The notes beneath the pieces were generated by a model. That model was not told the origin of the DNA. It did not search any database and saw only the letters and a list, made by a program, of their open reading frames with translations. The translations under genes and the position numbers were made by a program. A stretch of DNA of 64,000 nucleotides from Clostridia bacterium (GTDB lineage: Bacteria > Bacillota > Clostridia > Oscillospirales > CAG-272). The DNA lies in NCBI GenBank assembly GCA_017466445.1, contig JAFTUC010000006.1, positions 1,451 through 65,450 of the forward strand. The letters are read 5' to 3'. Below, in pieces: positions 27,820-36,856 of the stretch; position 1 is the first letter of the stretch; each line of letters opens with the position of its first letter.

Positions 27820-30450
27820 ATGAAATGGACGTCTGTAAACGATATTCGCGAAAAATATCTTTCTTTTTTTGAATCCAAGGGTCATCTTCGCCACAAGAGC
27901 TTCCCTCTCGTGCCGATAAATGACAAATCTATTCTTCTCATAAACGCAGGTATGACTCCTCTCAAAAAGTATTTCACGGGAGAAGAGGAGCCTCCCCGTC
28001 ACAGAATGACGACCTGTCAGAAGTGCATCCGTACGCCCGATATCGACAGGGTAGGTATCACCGCGCGTCACGGCACCTACTTTGAGATGCTCGGAAACTT
28101 CTCGTTCGGCGATTACTTCAAGAAGGAGGCTATTCCGTGGGCTTGGGAATTCTGTACCAAGGTCATCGAGCTTCCCGAGGATCGCATCTGGGTAACCATA
28201 TACCTTGATGACGACGAGGCCTTCGACATCTGGACCAAGGAGGTCGGTGTTCCCGAAAGCAGAGTAGTCCGTCTCGGTAAGGAGGACAACTTCTGGGAGC
28301 ACGGAAGCGGTCCCTGCGGTCCCTGCTCCGAGCTTCACTTTGACCGCGGCGAGGCATTCGGCTGCGGAAAGCCCGATTGCAAGCCGGGATGTGACTGCGA
28401 CAGATACATGGAGTTCTGGAACCTCGTATTCACTCAGTTTGACAACGACGGAAACGGAAATTACACCCGTCTCGCAAAGCCCAACATCGACACCGGTATG
28501 GGTCTTGAGCGTCTTGCCTGCATCATGCAGGGTGTAAACAACCTCTTTGAGGTAGACACCGTTCAAAACATAATGAAGGCTATCGTTGACAAGGCCGGCG
28601 TAAAGTACGGTGACGATCCTAAAAAGGATATCTCGCTTCGAGTTATCACCGACCACGTCAGAGGCTCGACCTTTATGGTCTGCGACGGAGTGGTTCCCTC
28701 CAACGAGGGTCGCGGATACGTTCTGCGCAGGCTTCTCCGCCGTGCGGCAAGACACGGAAGAATGCTCGGTATAGAGGGCAGCTTCCTTGCCGACATCGCG
28801 ACCGTAGTGGCACGTGAGAACTATTCGGAATACCCCGAGCTTACCGAAAAGCTTGACTATATAAGAAAGATCATCTCCAACGAGGAGGCTTCCTTTGCCT
28901 CCACCATAAGCTCGGGGCTCGCTATCCTTTCCTCGGTCATCGAGAAGACCAAGGCCGAGGGCGGAAGCAAGCTTCCCGGCGACGAGATTTTCCGTCTGTA
29001 CGACACCTTCGGCTTCCCTATCGATCTCACCCGTGAGATCGCCGCAGAGGCAGGGCTCGACCTCGATGAGGAGACCTTCACCTCCCTTATGAAGGAGCAG
29101 AAGGCGCGCGCAAGAGAGGCAAGAGCCAACATCAGCGGTTGGAGCGACGCATCAAAGAGCCTTCTTGAAGGCTTTGATGCGACCGAGTTCGTCGGATACA
29201 CCGAGAGCTCGTGCGAGGCGAAGGTGCTCGGAATCATTTCGGGCGACATCCGTCTCGAAAGCGTAAACGAGGGCGAGTTCTCTCTCATCCTCGACAAGAC
29301 CGTGTTCTACGGCGAGGGCGGCGGTCAGGTCGGTGACACCGGTACAGTGACCGTCGGAGACACAGTTATAAACGTCTATGACACAAAGAAGACCGACGGA
29401 GTTTACATCCATATGGCTTCTATTGCAAACGGTATCCTCAACGTCGGCGACACCGTTAGAGCAAGTATAGACACCGAGCGCAGAAGCGCGATCGGCAGAA
29501 ACCATTCGGCTTGCCACCTTCTTCAGGCGGCGCTCCGCTCTGTTCTCGGCGCTCACGTCGAGCAGGCGGGCTCCTACGTTGACGACAGCAGACTCCGTTT
29601 CGACTTCTCGCACTACGAGGCAGTAAGTGCCGATCAGCTTGCAAAGGTCGAAGCTCTTGTAAACGCTCACATCCTTGCAGGCGAGTGCGTGGAGACTGTC
29701 GAGACCGACATCGAGAGCGCGAAGAAGGCAGGAGCTATGGCTCTCTTCGGAGAAAAGTACGGCGCAAAGGTCAGAATGGTCAAGATGGGCGACTTCTCGA
29801 CCGAGCTTTGCGGAGGTACTCACATAAACAACACCGCAAAGGCAGGACTTTTCAAGATAATCTCCGAATCCTCGGTAGCAGCAGGCGTTCGCCGTATAGA
29901 GGCGACCACAGGTCTCGGAGTTCTTGAGCTTCTCGCATCAAAGGAGGAGCTTATCGCCGATACCGCAAAGGAAATGAAGCTCGCAAATCACGCAGATCTC
30001 GCAAAGAAGGCATCTCAGATTCAGGGAGAGCTCAGAGGTGCCAGGTCGGAGATCGAATCGCTCGAAGGAAAGATCGCGGCTTACGAGTTCGGTGAGACCG
30101 AGAAATCGGCAATCGACGTAAACGGAGTAAGCGTTATCGCTCAGCGTCTTGACGGCGTAAGCGTTGATTCGGCACGTACTCTCTGCGACTCCGTAAGAGA
30201 CAAGAATCCCGCAAGCGTGACCGTCCTTGCTCTCGTTTCGGGTGACAGACTCAATTTCGTCTGCGTATGCGGAGCGGACGCGGTAAAACGCGGTGCCAAC
30301 GCAGGAAAGATAGTCAAGGAGATCGCGACTGTCTGCGGCGGAGGCGGAGGCGGACGTCCCGACAGTGCTACTGCGGGCGGAAAGGATCTCTCGAAGATCG
30401 ACGATGCTCTTGCGGCAGTTTGCTCGATAGTTGAAAAGTACGTAAAGTGA
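27820..30450 (+). CDS. alaS: Alanine--tRNA ligase
   Basis: 876 aa. The N-terminus is MKWTSVNDIREKYLSFFESKGHLRHKSFPLV. The editing-domain HSACHLL and the C-terminal DHHA1 region GGGGGGRPD are present. Confidence 0.97.
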   Translation: MKWTSVNDIREKYLSFFESKGHLRHKSFPLVPINDKSILLINAGMTPLKKYFTGEEEPPRHRMTTCQKCIRTPDIDRVGITARHGTYFEMLGNFSFGDYFKKEAIPWAWEFCTKVIELPEDRIWVTIYLDDDEAFDIWTKEVGVPESRVVRLGKEDNFWEHGSGPCGPCSELHFDRGEAFGCGKPDCKPGCDCDRYMEFWNLVFTQFDNDGNGNYTRLAKPNIDTGMGLERLACIMQGVNNLFEVDTVQNIMKAIVDKAGVKYGDDPKKDISLRVITDHVRGSTFMVCDGVVPSNEGRGYVLRRLLRRAARHGRMLGIEGSFLADIATVVARENYSEYPELTEKLDYIRKIISNEEASFASTISSGLAILSSVIEKTKAEGGSKLPGDEIFRLYDTFGFPIDLTREIAAEAGLDLDEETFTSLMKEQKARAREARANISGWSDASKSLLEGFDATEFVGYTESSCEAKVLGIISGDIRLESVNEGEFSLILDKTVFYGEGGGQVGDTGTVTVGDTVINVYDTKKTDGVYIHMASIANGILNVGDTVRASIDTERRSAIGRNHSACHLLQAALRSVLGAHVEQAGSYVDDSRLRFDFSHYEAVSADQLAKVEALVNAHILAGECVETVETDIESAKKAGAMALFGEKYGAKVRMVKMGDFSTELCGGTHINNTAKAGLFKIISESSVAAGVRRIEATTGLGVLELLASKEELIADTAKEMKLANHADLAKKASQIQGELRGARSEIESLEGKIAAYEFGETEKSAIDVNGVSVIAQRLDGVSVDSARTLCDSVRDKNPASVTVLALVSGDRLNFVCVCGADAVKRGANAGKIVKEIATVCGGGGGGRPDSATAGGKDLSKIDDALAAVCSIVEKYVK

Positions 30451-30454
30451 TCAT

Positions 30455-30499
30455 AAAATAAAAAGAGAGGGGATAGGACTGTACCCTAAAGGACAGTTT
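30455..30499. repeat. Inverted repeat, left arm (45 bp)
   Basis: aaaataaaaagagaggggataggactgtaccctaaaggacagttt equals the reverse complement of 31294-31339, except for 1 indel and 2 mismatches. Confidence 0.9.
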
Positions 30500-30502
30500 T
30501 CA

Positions 30503-30541
30503 AAAATACGGCATATCTCGAAAGAGGTATGCCGTATTTTT
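30503..30541 (+). terminator. alaS rho-independent terminator
   Basis: aaaatacggcata / tatgccgtatttt, a 13-bp stem with a T-rich 3' side. Confidence 0.75.
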
Positions 30542-30609
30542 GCGTTTGTAGACACAAATGCAGTGCTTGTCAAGAAAAGCAGACGGACTTTCGGGGAACA
30601 AAAATAAGG

Positions 30610-30664
30610 CTCCCTTGTGTATGAACAAGTCCGTTAAAAACGGACTTGTTCATACACAAGGGAG
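30610..30664. terminator. Perfect 26-bp-stem hairpin (bidirectional terminator-like)
   Basis: ctcccttgtgtatgaacaagtccgtt aaa aacggacttgttcatacacaagggag. An A-run lies upstream and gcTTTT downstream. Confidence 0.7.
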
Positions 30665-30722
30665 GCTTTTAGCAAATCCTGCATCTCTTGACAAATTGGA
30701 ATTTTTCGATTAGCACAATTTA

Positions 30723-31175
30723 TTAATCGGACTCTACCAGCAAATTCTCAATTTGTTGTTTTAGTTTTTTTGTTGGTTTTACGAAAGCAAAATGCAACAA
30801 CACCCATACAAAAGGAAACATAACAATAGTAAGTAATGAAACAACGTAGATAGGGACAAACAAAATCATTACAAGGATATGCATTCTCAACACCATTGAT
30901 ACGGATGTAATTCCGTTTTCCTCAATAATTTTTGCTTTTGCTATGGGAGCAAATGAATTTCGAGTGTGTCCACCTATAAAATGCTTTCTGTTCTTTTCTC
31001 CAATAAAGAATCCGTACTCTGAAACACTACCATAGTAGTCTGTATGTTCGTAATCAAGTAAGGATGTAACTCTGGTTAGTATTTGTTGTTTTGATAGTTT
31101 GGTTTTGATTTCGCATTTCTCAAAAAGAAACAGTCTTTGGAAAAATTTGTTCATATGTACTACCGTTGTCTCCAT
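30723..31175 (-). CDS. Hypothetical protein with a soluble N-domain and 2 C-terminal TM helices, in an AT-rich cassette
   Basis: 150-aa ORF, clearly lower in GC than its neighbours. Its own extended -10 (TGTGATATAAT, complement of 31236-31246) lies upstream. The start is ambiguous (M1 or M8). Confidence 0.6.
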   Translation of the reverse strand: METTVVHMNKFFQRLFLFEKCEIKTKLSKQQILTRVTSLLDYEHTDYYGSVSEYGFFIGEKNRKHFIGGHTRNSFAPIAKAKIIEENGITSVSMVLRMHILVMILFVPIYVVSLLTIVMFPFVWVLLHFAFVKPTKKLKQQIENLLVESD

Positions 31176-31293
31176 TCAAAAAAATCTTATTTATCGTAGC
31201 AAAATACTTTTATACATAGTATATTCACACACCCTATTATATCACAAAAACCGCAGAAAATCAATCTGCGGTTTCTGATTTTTGTCGTGGGCG

Positions 31294-31339
31294 AAACTGT
31301 CCTTTAGGGTACAGCCCTATCTTCCTCTCTTTTTATTTT
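31294..31339. repeat. Inverted repeat, right arm (46 bp)
   Basis: aaactgtcctttagggtacagccctatcttcctctctttttatttt. See the left arm. Confidence 0.9.
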
Positions 31340-31349
31340 CAAAAAGCTC

Positions 31350-32144
31350 TTATTTACACGAGCGGTCGATATCGCTTATCATTGCTTTCGCCTTCTCTGC
31401 TATCCAAAGCTTGTTTCCCGCAACTGAGACATGCTCGAGCATAATACGTGCCGCCGCGATCTTCCCGAGCGAAAGCTGCGCTCTTGCACAAAGAAAGGAT
31501 CTCTCCACATTATCACGCGCGTTTTTTGTCGGGATCCTCTCGCAAAGCGAAAGGGTATTTTCGTAATTACCCCTAATATATTCGATCTCGGCAAGCATCC
31601 ATAACACAAACGGCTCAAGCGACTCACGCTGCTTACGATTCTTGATACCTTCAATGATCCCCTTTGACTTTTCGTAATTTTCCTCTGCACCCTTAAGATC
31701 ACCGAGCACCGCATAAGCGCACGAAAGATCGTTATAGTATATCGCCCGAACTACGTCGTTCGTTCCCTTTTTCTCCACGTCGAGCTCTTTGAGGATCGCT
31801 ATCGCCCTTTCGGCATCTCCCGTGCCGATACAGGCAACTGCCTGATCGACCTTTACAAGCAGACGGTTTGGATTTTTTTCATTCAAACAACCAAGGATAA
31901 ATTCGCTTTCCTTTAAAAGATGAGTAGGGTCACATTCACCGTCAAATATTTTTTCCGCCCCGACAAGAAGTCGCACAGGCGCTGTCATGATCACGGCATA
32001 TCCCGAAAAGGCCACAAAAAAGCAGACGGCGACCGTGACTCCTATCGACACGTTCAAAACAGTAAGCACAAAGGCGCACAGCGCAACCAAAGCGAGCATC
32101 AACGCTCTCGATAAAACGCTCTTTTTTACAAAAAATCTGTCCAT
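31350..32144 (-). CDS. Membrane-anchored TPR-like repeat protein
   Basis: 264 aa. Two N-terminal TM helices are followed by helical-repeat sequence (AERAIAILKEL.., AEENYEKSKGII..). Confidence 0.6.
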   Translation of the reverse strand: MDRFFVKKSVLSRALMLALVALCAFVLTVLNVSIGVTVAVCFFVAFSGYAVIMTAPVRLLVGAEKIFDGECDPTHLLKESEFILGCLNEKNPNRLLVKVDQAVACIGTGDAERAIAILKELDVEKKGTNDVVRAIYYNDLSCAYAVLGDLKGAEENYEKSKGIIEGIKNRKQRESLEPFVLWMLAEIEYIRGNYENTLSLCERIPTKNARDNVERSFLCARAQLSLGKIAAARIMLEHVSVAGNKLWIAEKAKAMISDIDRSCK

Positions 32145-32309
32145 AGTACGTACTCTTTACCCCCTATACACCCTATTATAGCATTTTATTTAAAACAAGT
32201 CAACAGAAATCGTCTTTTTTGTAAACAGATGCCACACTTGATTGACAAAGGAGAGATCTTGCTGTATAATATATAAAAACACCTTATTTTCAAAGGAAAA
32301 GATGCAAAT

Positions 32310-33614
32310 ATGTCAAGATCAGCAAAAACAACATCTGCGATCGCGCTTTTTATCGCCTTATCATTACTGCTCTGCTCGTGCGGAGTCTTTGTGAGCTACG
32401 AGCTTAAGATCCCCGACTCTGTAGATAAGGACGACATAAACGATCTTCCGGATCCCGAAAAGGTCACTCCGGATACCGTCGAGACTATCGATTTCGGCTT
32501 TACCGACACCTTCGATCCGACAAAGATGCTCTCTCTTCTTCACAAATACAATTTCGGGTTTGATTATATCACTATCGCCATGGACATCGAGGATTGTGCG
32601 ATGTTCACACATTCCGAGCTTTACATCGACTCGGGAATATACGAGCGCAACTCGGCGCTTGAGGACACCTTCAGCTTTAAATTCAGCAAAATAAACGAGG
32701 ATGCGGACACTCTTCTCAAGAACATAAAATCGGCATCGGGATCGAGCGAAAATTACGCGGACATCCTTGCCATCTCGCTCGGAGAGGCGTACAAGCTTGA
32801 AGAGGCGAATCTTCTCACCGATCTCACGGGACTTCCGTTTATAAGCACAAATCAGGATTATTTTTCGGAGAGCGCCGACCTCGGACTCGATTCCGTTTAT
32901 CTGCTCGCGGGAAGCGCAAGCTATCTCCCCTCTCAGACAAGAGTACTCTTTTTCAACCGCTCCGAGCTGAAAAAGCTTGAAAAAAGCTCACCTTACTCGC
33001 TCATCACCTCTAAAAAATGGACTTGGGACGCACTTCTTACTTATCTTTCCGAGGACGCGACCCTTTCTACCGAGCAGGATCTCGCATCTCTTATAGGCGC
33101 GACCGTCAGAAACGGCGACGAGATCAAAAAAGCCAAGGCAAAGGAGCTCGCGGAGAGCTTTTCCGCGCTTTCGGTCACCGAAAAGGCAAAGGAATCCTTT
33201 CTTTCCGGCACTTCCCTTTTCTATCTCGGCACGTTTGCGGATCTTACCGATTTTATGGATCCCGAAAACCCTGTCGGCATAATGCCACTTCCCATTTTCG
33301 AGGAGGGAGACTCCTATTCAAATATCCGTCTTGCGAGCGAGGTGACCGTTTTCGCCTGCCCGAAGAATTCGTCCGATATCGAGCGCTCCGCATTTCTGAT
33401 ATCCGCGATAAATGCGGCATCAAACGACTATATCGAGAGCGTATTCTGTCGCATATCGAAAAACGGCATGCTGAGTGACAACGGATCTCAGCTTTCGCTC
33501 GGACACATCTACAGTGCCGACACCGTGATAATATATCCCGAGGGTCACCCGAAGGCTCCTGTCACCGAAGAAGAGCCCGAGGACACGGAGACCGAGGAAA
33601 AGGAAAAGACCTGA
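32310..33614 (+). CDS. Lipoprotein, extracellular solute-binding-protein-like, with an acidic C-terminal tail
   Basis: 434 aa. Signal peptide plus lipobox (LLLCSC). The tail is EEEPEDTETEEKEKT. No adjacent permease genes. Confidence 0.55.
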   Translation: MSRSAKTTSAIALFIALSLLLCSCGVFVSYELKIPDSVDKDDINDLPDPEKVTPDTVETIDFGFTDTFDPTKMLSLLHKYNFGFDYITIAMDIEDCAMFTHSELYIDSGIYERNSALEDTFSFKFSKINEDADTLLKNIKSASGSSENYADILAISLGEAYKLEEANLLTDLTGLPFISTNQDYFSESADLGLDSVYLLAGSASYLPSQTRVLFFNRSELKKLEKSSPYSLITSKKWTWDALLTYLSEDATLSTEQDLASLIGATVRNGDEIKKAKAKELAESFSALSVTEKAKESFLSGTSLFYLGTFADLTDFMDPENPVGIMPLPIFEEGDSYSNIRLASEVTVFACPKNSSDIERSAFLISAINAASNDYIESVFCRISKNGMLSDNGSQLSLGHIYSADTVIIYPEGHPKAPVTEEEPEDTETEEKEKT

Positions 33615-33624
33615 CACAAAAAAC

Positions 33625-33657
33625 AGATACGGGGAACGAACATCGTTCCCCGTATCT
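33625..33657. terminator. Bidirectional terminator
   Basis: agatacggggaacga aca tcgttccccgtatct, a perfect 15-bp stem between convergent genes. Confidence 0.8.
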
Positions 33658-33954
33658 TTATTTCATAAGCTCGTCAGTAAGGCGGATTATCTCGGGAGCG
33701 ATCCTTTCACGCTCCTTTTTCACTGTCAGATCATATACGGGATAGGCAAGTGACGCGACCGCCATTCCCAAAACGCCCAAAACGATACCGACAACAAGCG
33801 CTACGTCGGAGCTCATATGAATTGCCTTTGCCAGATCGGTCATGATAAGACTCATTCCCGTTCCCATAACGAGCGCTCCGATAATGCCCATAACAAGCGC
33901 TATGACAGTTGCCTTACTTGTTACGCTCTCATCAAGGCGGCGGAGCTTTGTCAT
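33658..33954 (-). CDS. Small 2-TM membrane protein; probably the C-terminal part of a frameshifted gene extending to 34067
   Basis: 98-aa ORF with a GGAGG RBS. An upstream 39-codon ORF (33951-34067) in another frame reads like the missing N-terminus. Confidence 0.6.
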   Translation of the reverse strand: MTKLRRLDESVTSKATVIALVMGIIGALVMGTGMSLIMTDLAKAIHMSSDVALVVGIVLGVLGMAVASLAYPVYDLTVKKERERIAPEIIRLTDELMK

Positions 33955-34084
33955 TCCGTCCTCCTGCCCTTTTCACTCAATACGTATTTATCTCTTATGT
34001 TTTTTATCTCCTCGCGCTCTTTTGCCGAATAGCTATAGCTAAAGGAGCTGTTTTCCCTATCCTTCAAGTGTTTTTTCTCCGTTC

Positions 34085-34954
34085 TTATCTTATTTTTTTA
34101 ATTTCCTTAACACTGCGTACTATCATATAGACCGCCATTGTGAGTATTACCGCCGAAACCGCTCCTCCCGTCAAAGCGAGAAAGAGCGTTCTCGTCAGCG
34201 CATCCACGCTATCGCTCCCGAAGGTGGTCAGCATAGTAGTCTCGAGCGTTATCATTGACACGCACGCCGCGGCAAGGCTGATCGCCTTTGACGCCGAGTA
34301 TACCGGACTGTTGTATTTTCTGTACTTTACTGCGTTTATTATTGCAAGAGTAAAGCTCACAAAGGTATATGCCGCCATCGTGATCGTGGTTATCTCATGA
34401 TGAACGAAGGTCCTTTGCCAGTATATCATAAAAAATATCATAAGCGACAGAGTTATGTTCATAACAAGAAAAACTATGCCGCACGCTCTGTATTTTACAA
34501 GCTCCTCTCTCATCTTCTCCCCCGGAGAATATCTTCTCGTATGCCTCAGAAGGAAAAACCTCATTGCGGCAAGCGATATATAGTATCCGAAAAGGGAAAA
34601 GAACCAAAACGACGAATGATAAAATCCGAGTCCGAGCTGCAAAAGCGCGTACGCAGTATTCCAAATGAGCGTTCCGTAAAGTGAGGCATTCATTCTGAAT
34701 CGGTGGTCGCTCAGCCATCTTTCGAGAAATTTATTCCCGCTTTTGATGCTCCTGAAAAACGCGATCATCCTCGGTATCCTCAGGCAGACCACCGTAAGCG
34801 CATAAAAGGCGATGACGTACGATCCTATCGAAAATGCCGAGTCGGTCCCCAAAAAGACCATAGAATAGATGAGAAGCACGATCGAGGTCGGCACAAGGAT
34901 TATGAGCAGCCATAGGCGCGGAAAGGCTATCGCCATACATATTCTTTTAAGCAT
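34085..34954 (-). CDS. Polytopic membrane protein of unknown function, co-transcribed with the two-component system
   Basis: 289 aa with about 8 hydrophobic segments. It starts 3 nt after the kinase stop. Confidence 0.65.
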   Translation of the reverse strand: MLKRICMAIAFPRLWLLIILVPTSIVLLIYSMVFLGTDSAFSIGSYVIAFYALTVVCLRIPRMIAFFRSIKSGNKFLERWLSDHRFRMNASLYGTLIWNTAYALLQLGLGFYHSSFWFFSLFGYYISLAAMRFFLLRHTRRYSPGEKMREELVKYRACGIVFLVMNITLSLMIFFMIYWQRTFVHHEITTITMAAYTFVSFTLAIINAVKYRKYNSPVYSASKAISLAAACVSMITLETTMLTTFGSDSVDALTRTLFLALTGGAVSAVILTMAVYMIVRSVKEIKKIR

Positions 34955-34957
34955 ACG

Positions 34958-36031
34958 TCACGCCCTTCTTATCCTTACGGTAAACACCGAGCCCTTGCCC
35001 GCAGTGCTTTCGACCGTTATCTCACCCTGCATTATATCTACAACGCGCTTTACAAGGGCAAGTCCGAGCCCGTTCCCCTGTGTGGCGTGCGAGCTGTCAC
35101 CCTGATAAAATTTTTCAAATATATGCGCTCCGACCTCGGGCGGCATTCCGCAGCCCGTGTCCTTTACCCTGACCACGGCGTACTTATCATGTGCCTCAAG
35201 GCTGACCGAAACGCTTCCCCCGCTCGGAGTGAATTTGAACGCGTTCGAGAAAAGATTGTTCCACACGTGGCTGAGAAGCTCCGCATCGGCTTCTATACTC
35301 ACATCCGGAGCTATATCGGTCTCGATAGATATATCCTTCCTTTCCCAGACGTTTTCGTACTGAACGAGACACTCGCAGATCTGCTCTCCGAGATCGTACT
35401 CGGCTTTTTGAGGATATATCTGCTGATTTTCAAGTCGGTTGAGCTTTAAGATATTCGTCATCATATCCGCCATACGTCTCGATGCGTCCGTGACCCCCTT
35501 TGCGTACTCTATACGCTTATCCTCGGGCAGATCCTCCTGCTGCAAAAGAGTTCCGTAATTCTGTATAACGGCAAGCGGCGTCTTCATCTCGTGAGAAACG
35601 TTCGAGATAAAATCACTGCGAAGGGTCTCGACTCCTCCGAGCTCCTCCGCCATTTTATTAAAGCATTCAACGACCCGATTGAAGGTCTCGTCGCTTCCGA
35701 ATCTGCTTTGCGGCTTTATTCTGACCGAAAAATCGCCCTTTATGATCTTTTCTGCCGCCTCGACTATTCTTTTTACGGGACGCTCAACGGTAAGCCTTCT
35801 GCGCAGAGTATCGATCAACGTAAAGATCAGGCTGAGAAGGGTCACGTTAAGAAAGGTTATCTTCGCCGCGAGCGTAATATTCTCCCTTGTAAGCGTAATT
35901 CCGAGCGTTTCGGAAAGGATAGAAACAAAAAGCATCGTGCAGCAGGTGATAACGAAGGCAACGAGCGTAAAAAATATAAAATAATGATTAAGCACCTTAA
36001 GAACGCTTTTTACATAGCGTCTCGATCTCAT
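34958..36031 (-). CDS. Sensor histidine kinase (2 TM with a minimal external loop, HAMP, HisKA, HATPase_c)
   Basis: 357 aa. H-box SNVSHEMKTPL. N-, G1- and G2-box regions are present (NLFSNAFKFT, DTGCGMP, GNGLGLALV). Confidence 0.9.
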   Translation of the reverse strand: MRSRRYVKSVLKVLNHYFIFFTLVAFVITCCTMLFVSILSETLGITLTRENITLAAKITFLNVTLLSLIFTLIDTLRRRLTVERPVKRIVEAAEKIIKGDFSVRIKPQSRFGSDETFNRVVECFNKMAEELGGVETLRSDFISNVSHEMKTPLAVIQNYGTLLQQEDLPEDKRIEYAKGVTDASRRMADMMTNILKLNRLENQQIYPQKAEYDLGEQICECLVQYENVWERKDISIETDIAPDVSIEADAELLSHVWNNLFSNAFKFTPSGGSVSVSLEAHDKYAVVRVKDTGCGMPPEVGAHIFEKFYQGDSSHATQGNGLGLALVKRVVDIMQGEITVESTAGKGSVFTVRIRRA

Positions 36032-36699
36032 TTTATCACCGCCTTATATCCGAGTCCGTGTACCGTTTTTATCTCAAAATCCTCGCAAAGCGAGAGCTTT
36101 GCGCGAAGCTTGGTCATATAGACGTCCACCGCTCTCGGGGCGGTCTCGGTATCGGCGTCCCAAAACTCATCCATAAGCTGAGTCCGTGTAAATGTCTTTT
36201 TCGGATAGCTGAGAAGCTTATACAAAATGCTGAACTCTCGGCTTGTGAGTGATATCTCCTCGCCGTCAAGGTAAGCGCTGTGCTCGTCGGCATCCATAAC
36301 AAAGCTTCCTATCTCTATTTTTCTGCTTGAGGCGATCTTCGCTCTTCTGAGAAGCGCACCTATCCTTAAAAAGAGCTCGTCGAGATCGATCGGCTTGACC
36401 ATATAGTCGTCAACACCGATGCGAAAGCCTCTCTGCTTTGCCGCCATATCGTCACGCGCGGACATAAAGAGTATCGGGATATCAGCGCTCAGCTCTCTTA
36501 CGTTTCTCGCAAATTCAAATCCGTCGATCCCGGGCATCATAATGTCCGACACTATAAGATCAAACGTGTTCTCGTAAAGAGCGTCGTACGCCGACGTAGC
36601 ATCAAGGCATCCGATAGCCTCGTATCCGCTTCGACTGAGAAATGAGCAAACCGTCTTATTCAGCTCTCTGTCATCCTCTACAACAAGTATCTTAAACAT
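36028..36699 (-). CDS. OmpR/PhoB-family response regulator
   Basis: 223 aa. The receiver domain is MFKILVVEDD..DLIVSDIMMPGIDG. The C-terminal domain is a winged helix (VHGLGYK). Confidence 0.92.
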   Translation of the reverse strand: MFKILVVEDDRELNKTVCSFLSRSGYEAIGCLDATSAYDALYENTFDLIVSDIMMPGIDGFEFARNVRELSADIPILFMSARDDMAAKQRGFRIGVDDYMVKPIDLDELFLRIGALLRRAKIASSRKIEIGSFVMDADEHSAYLDGEEISLTSREFSILYKLLSYPKKTFTRTQLMDEFWDADTETAPRAVDVYMTKLRAKLSLCEDFEIKTVHGLGYKAVIK

Positions 36700-36780
36700 T
36701 ACGATCCCTCCGACAGATCTTTATTTTTCTTTATTATAACACCCGAATGTTAAGATTTTGTTTTAATTTGCATATTTTTC

Positions 36781-36829
36781 AAAAAAAGACAGACCGAATC
36801 GGCAAAAAGCCGTTCGGTCTATCTTTTTT
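36781..36829 (-). terminator. Rho-independent terminator of the 36857-38167 gene
   Basis: On the minus strand: agaccgaacggc ttttt gccgattcggtct, followed by a T-run. Confidence 0.7.
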
Positions 36830-36856
36830 ATTGAGAATGTATCGGGTCCGGGTCTA

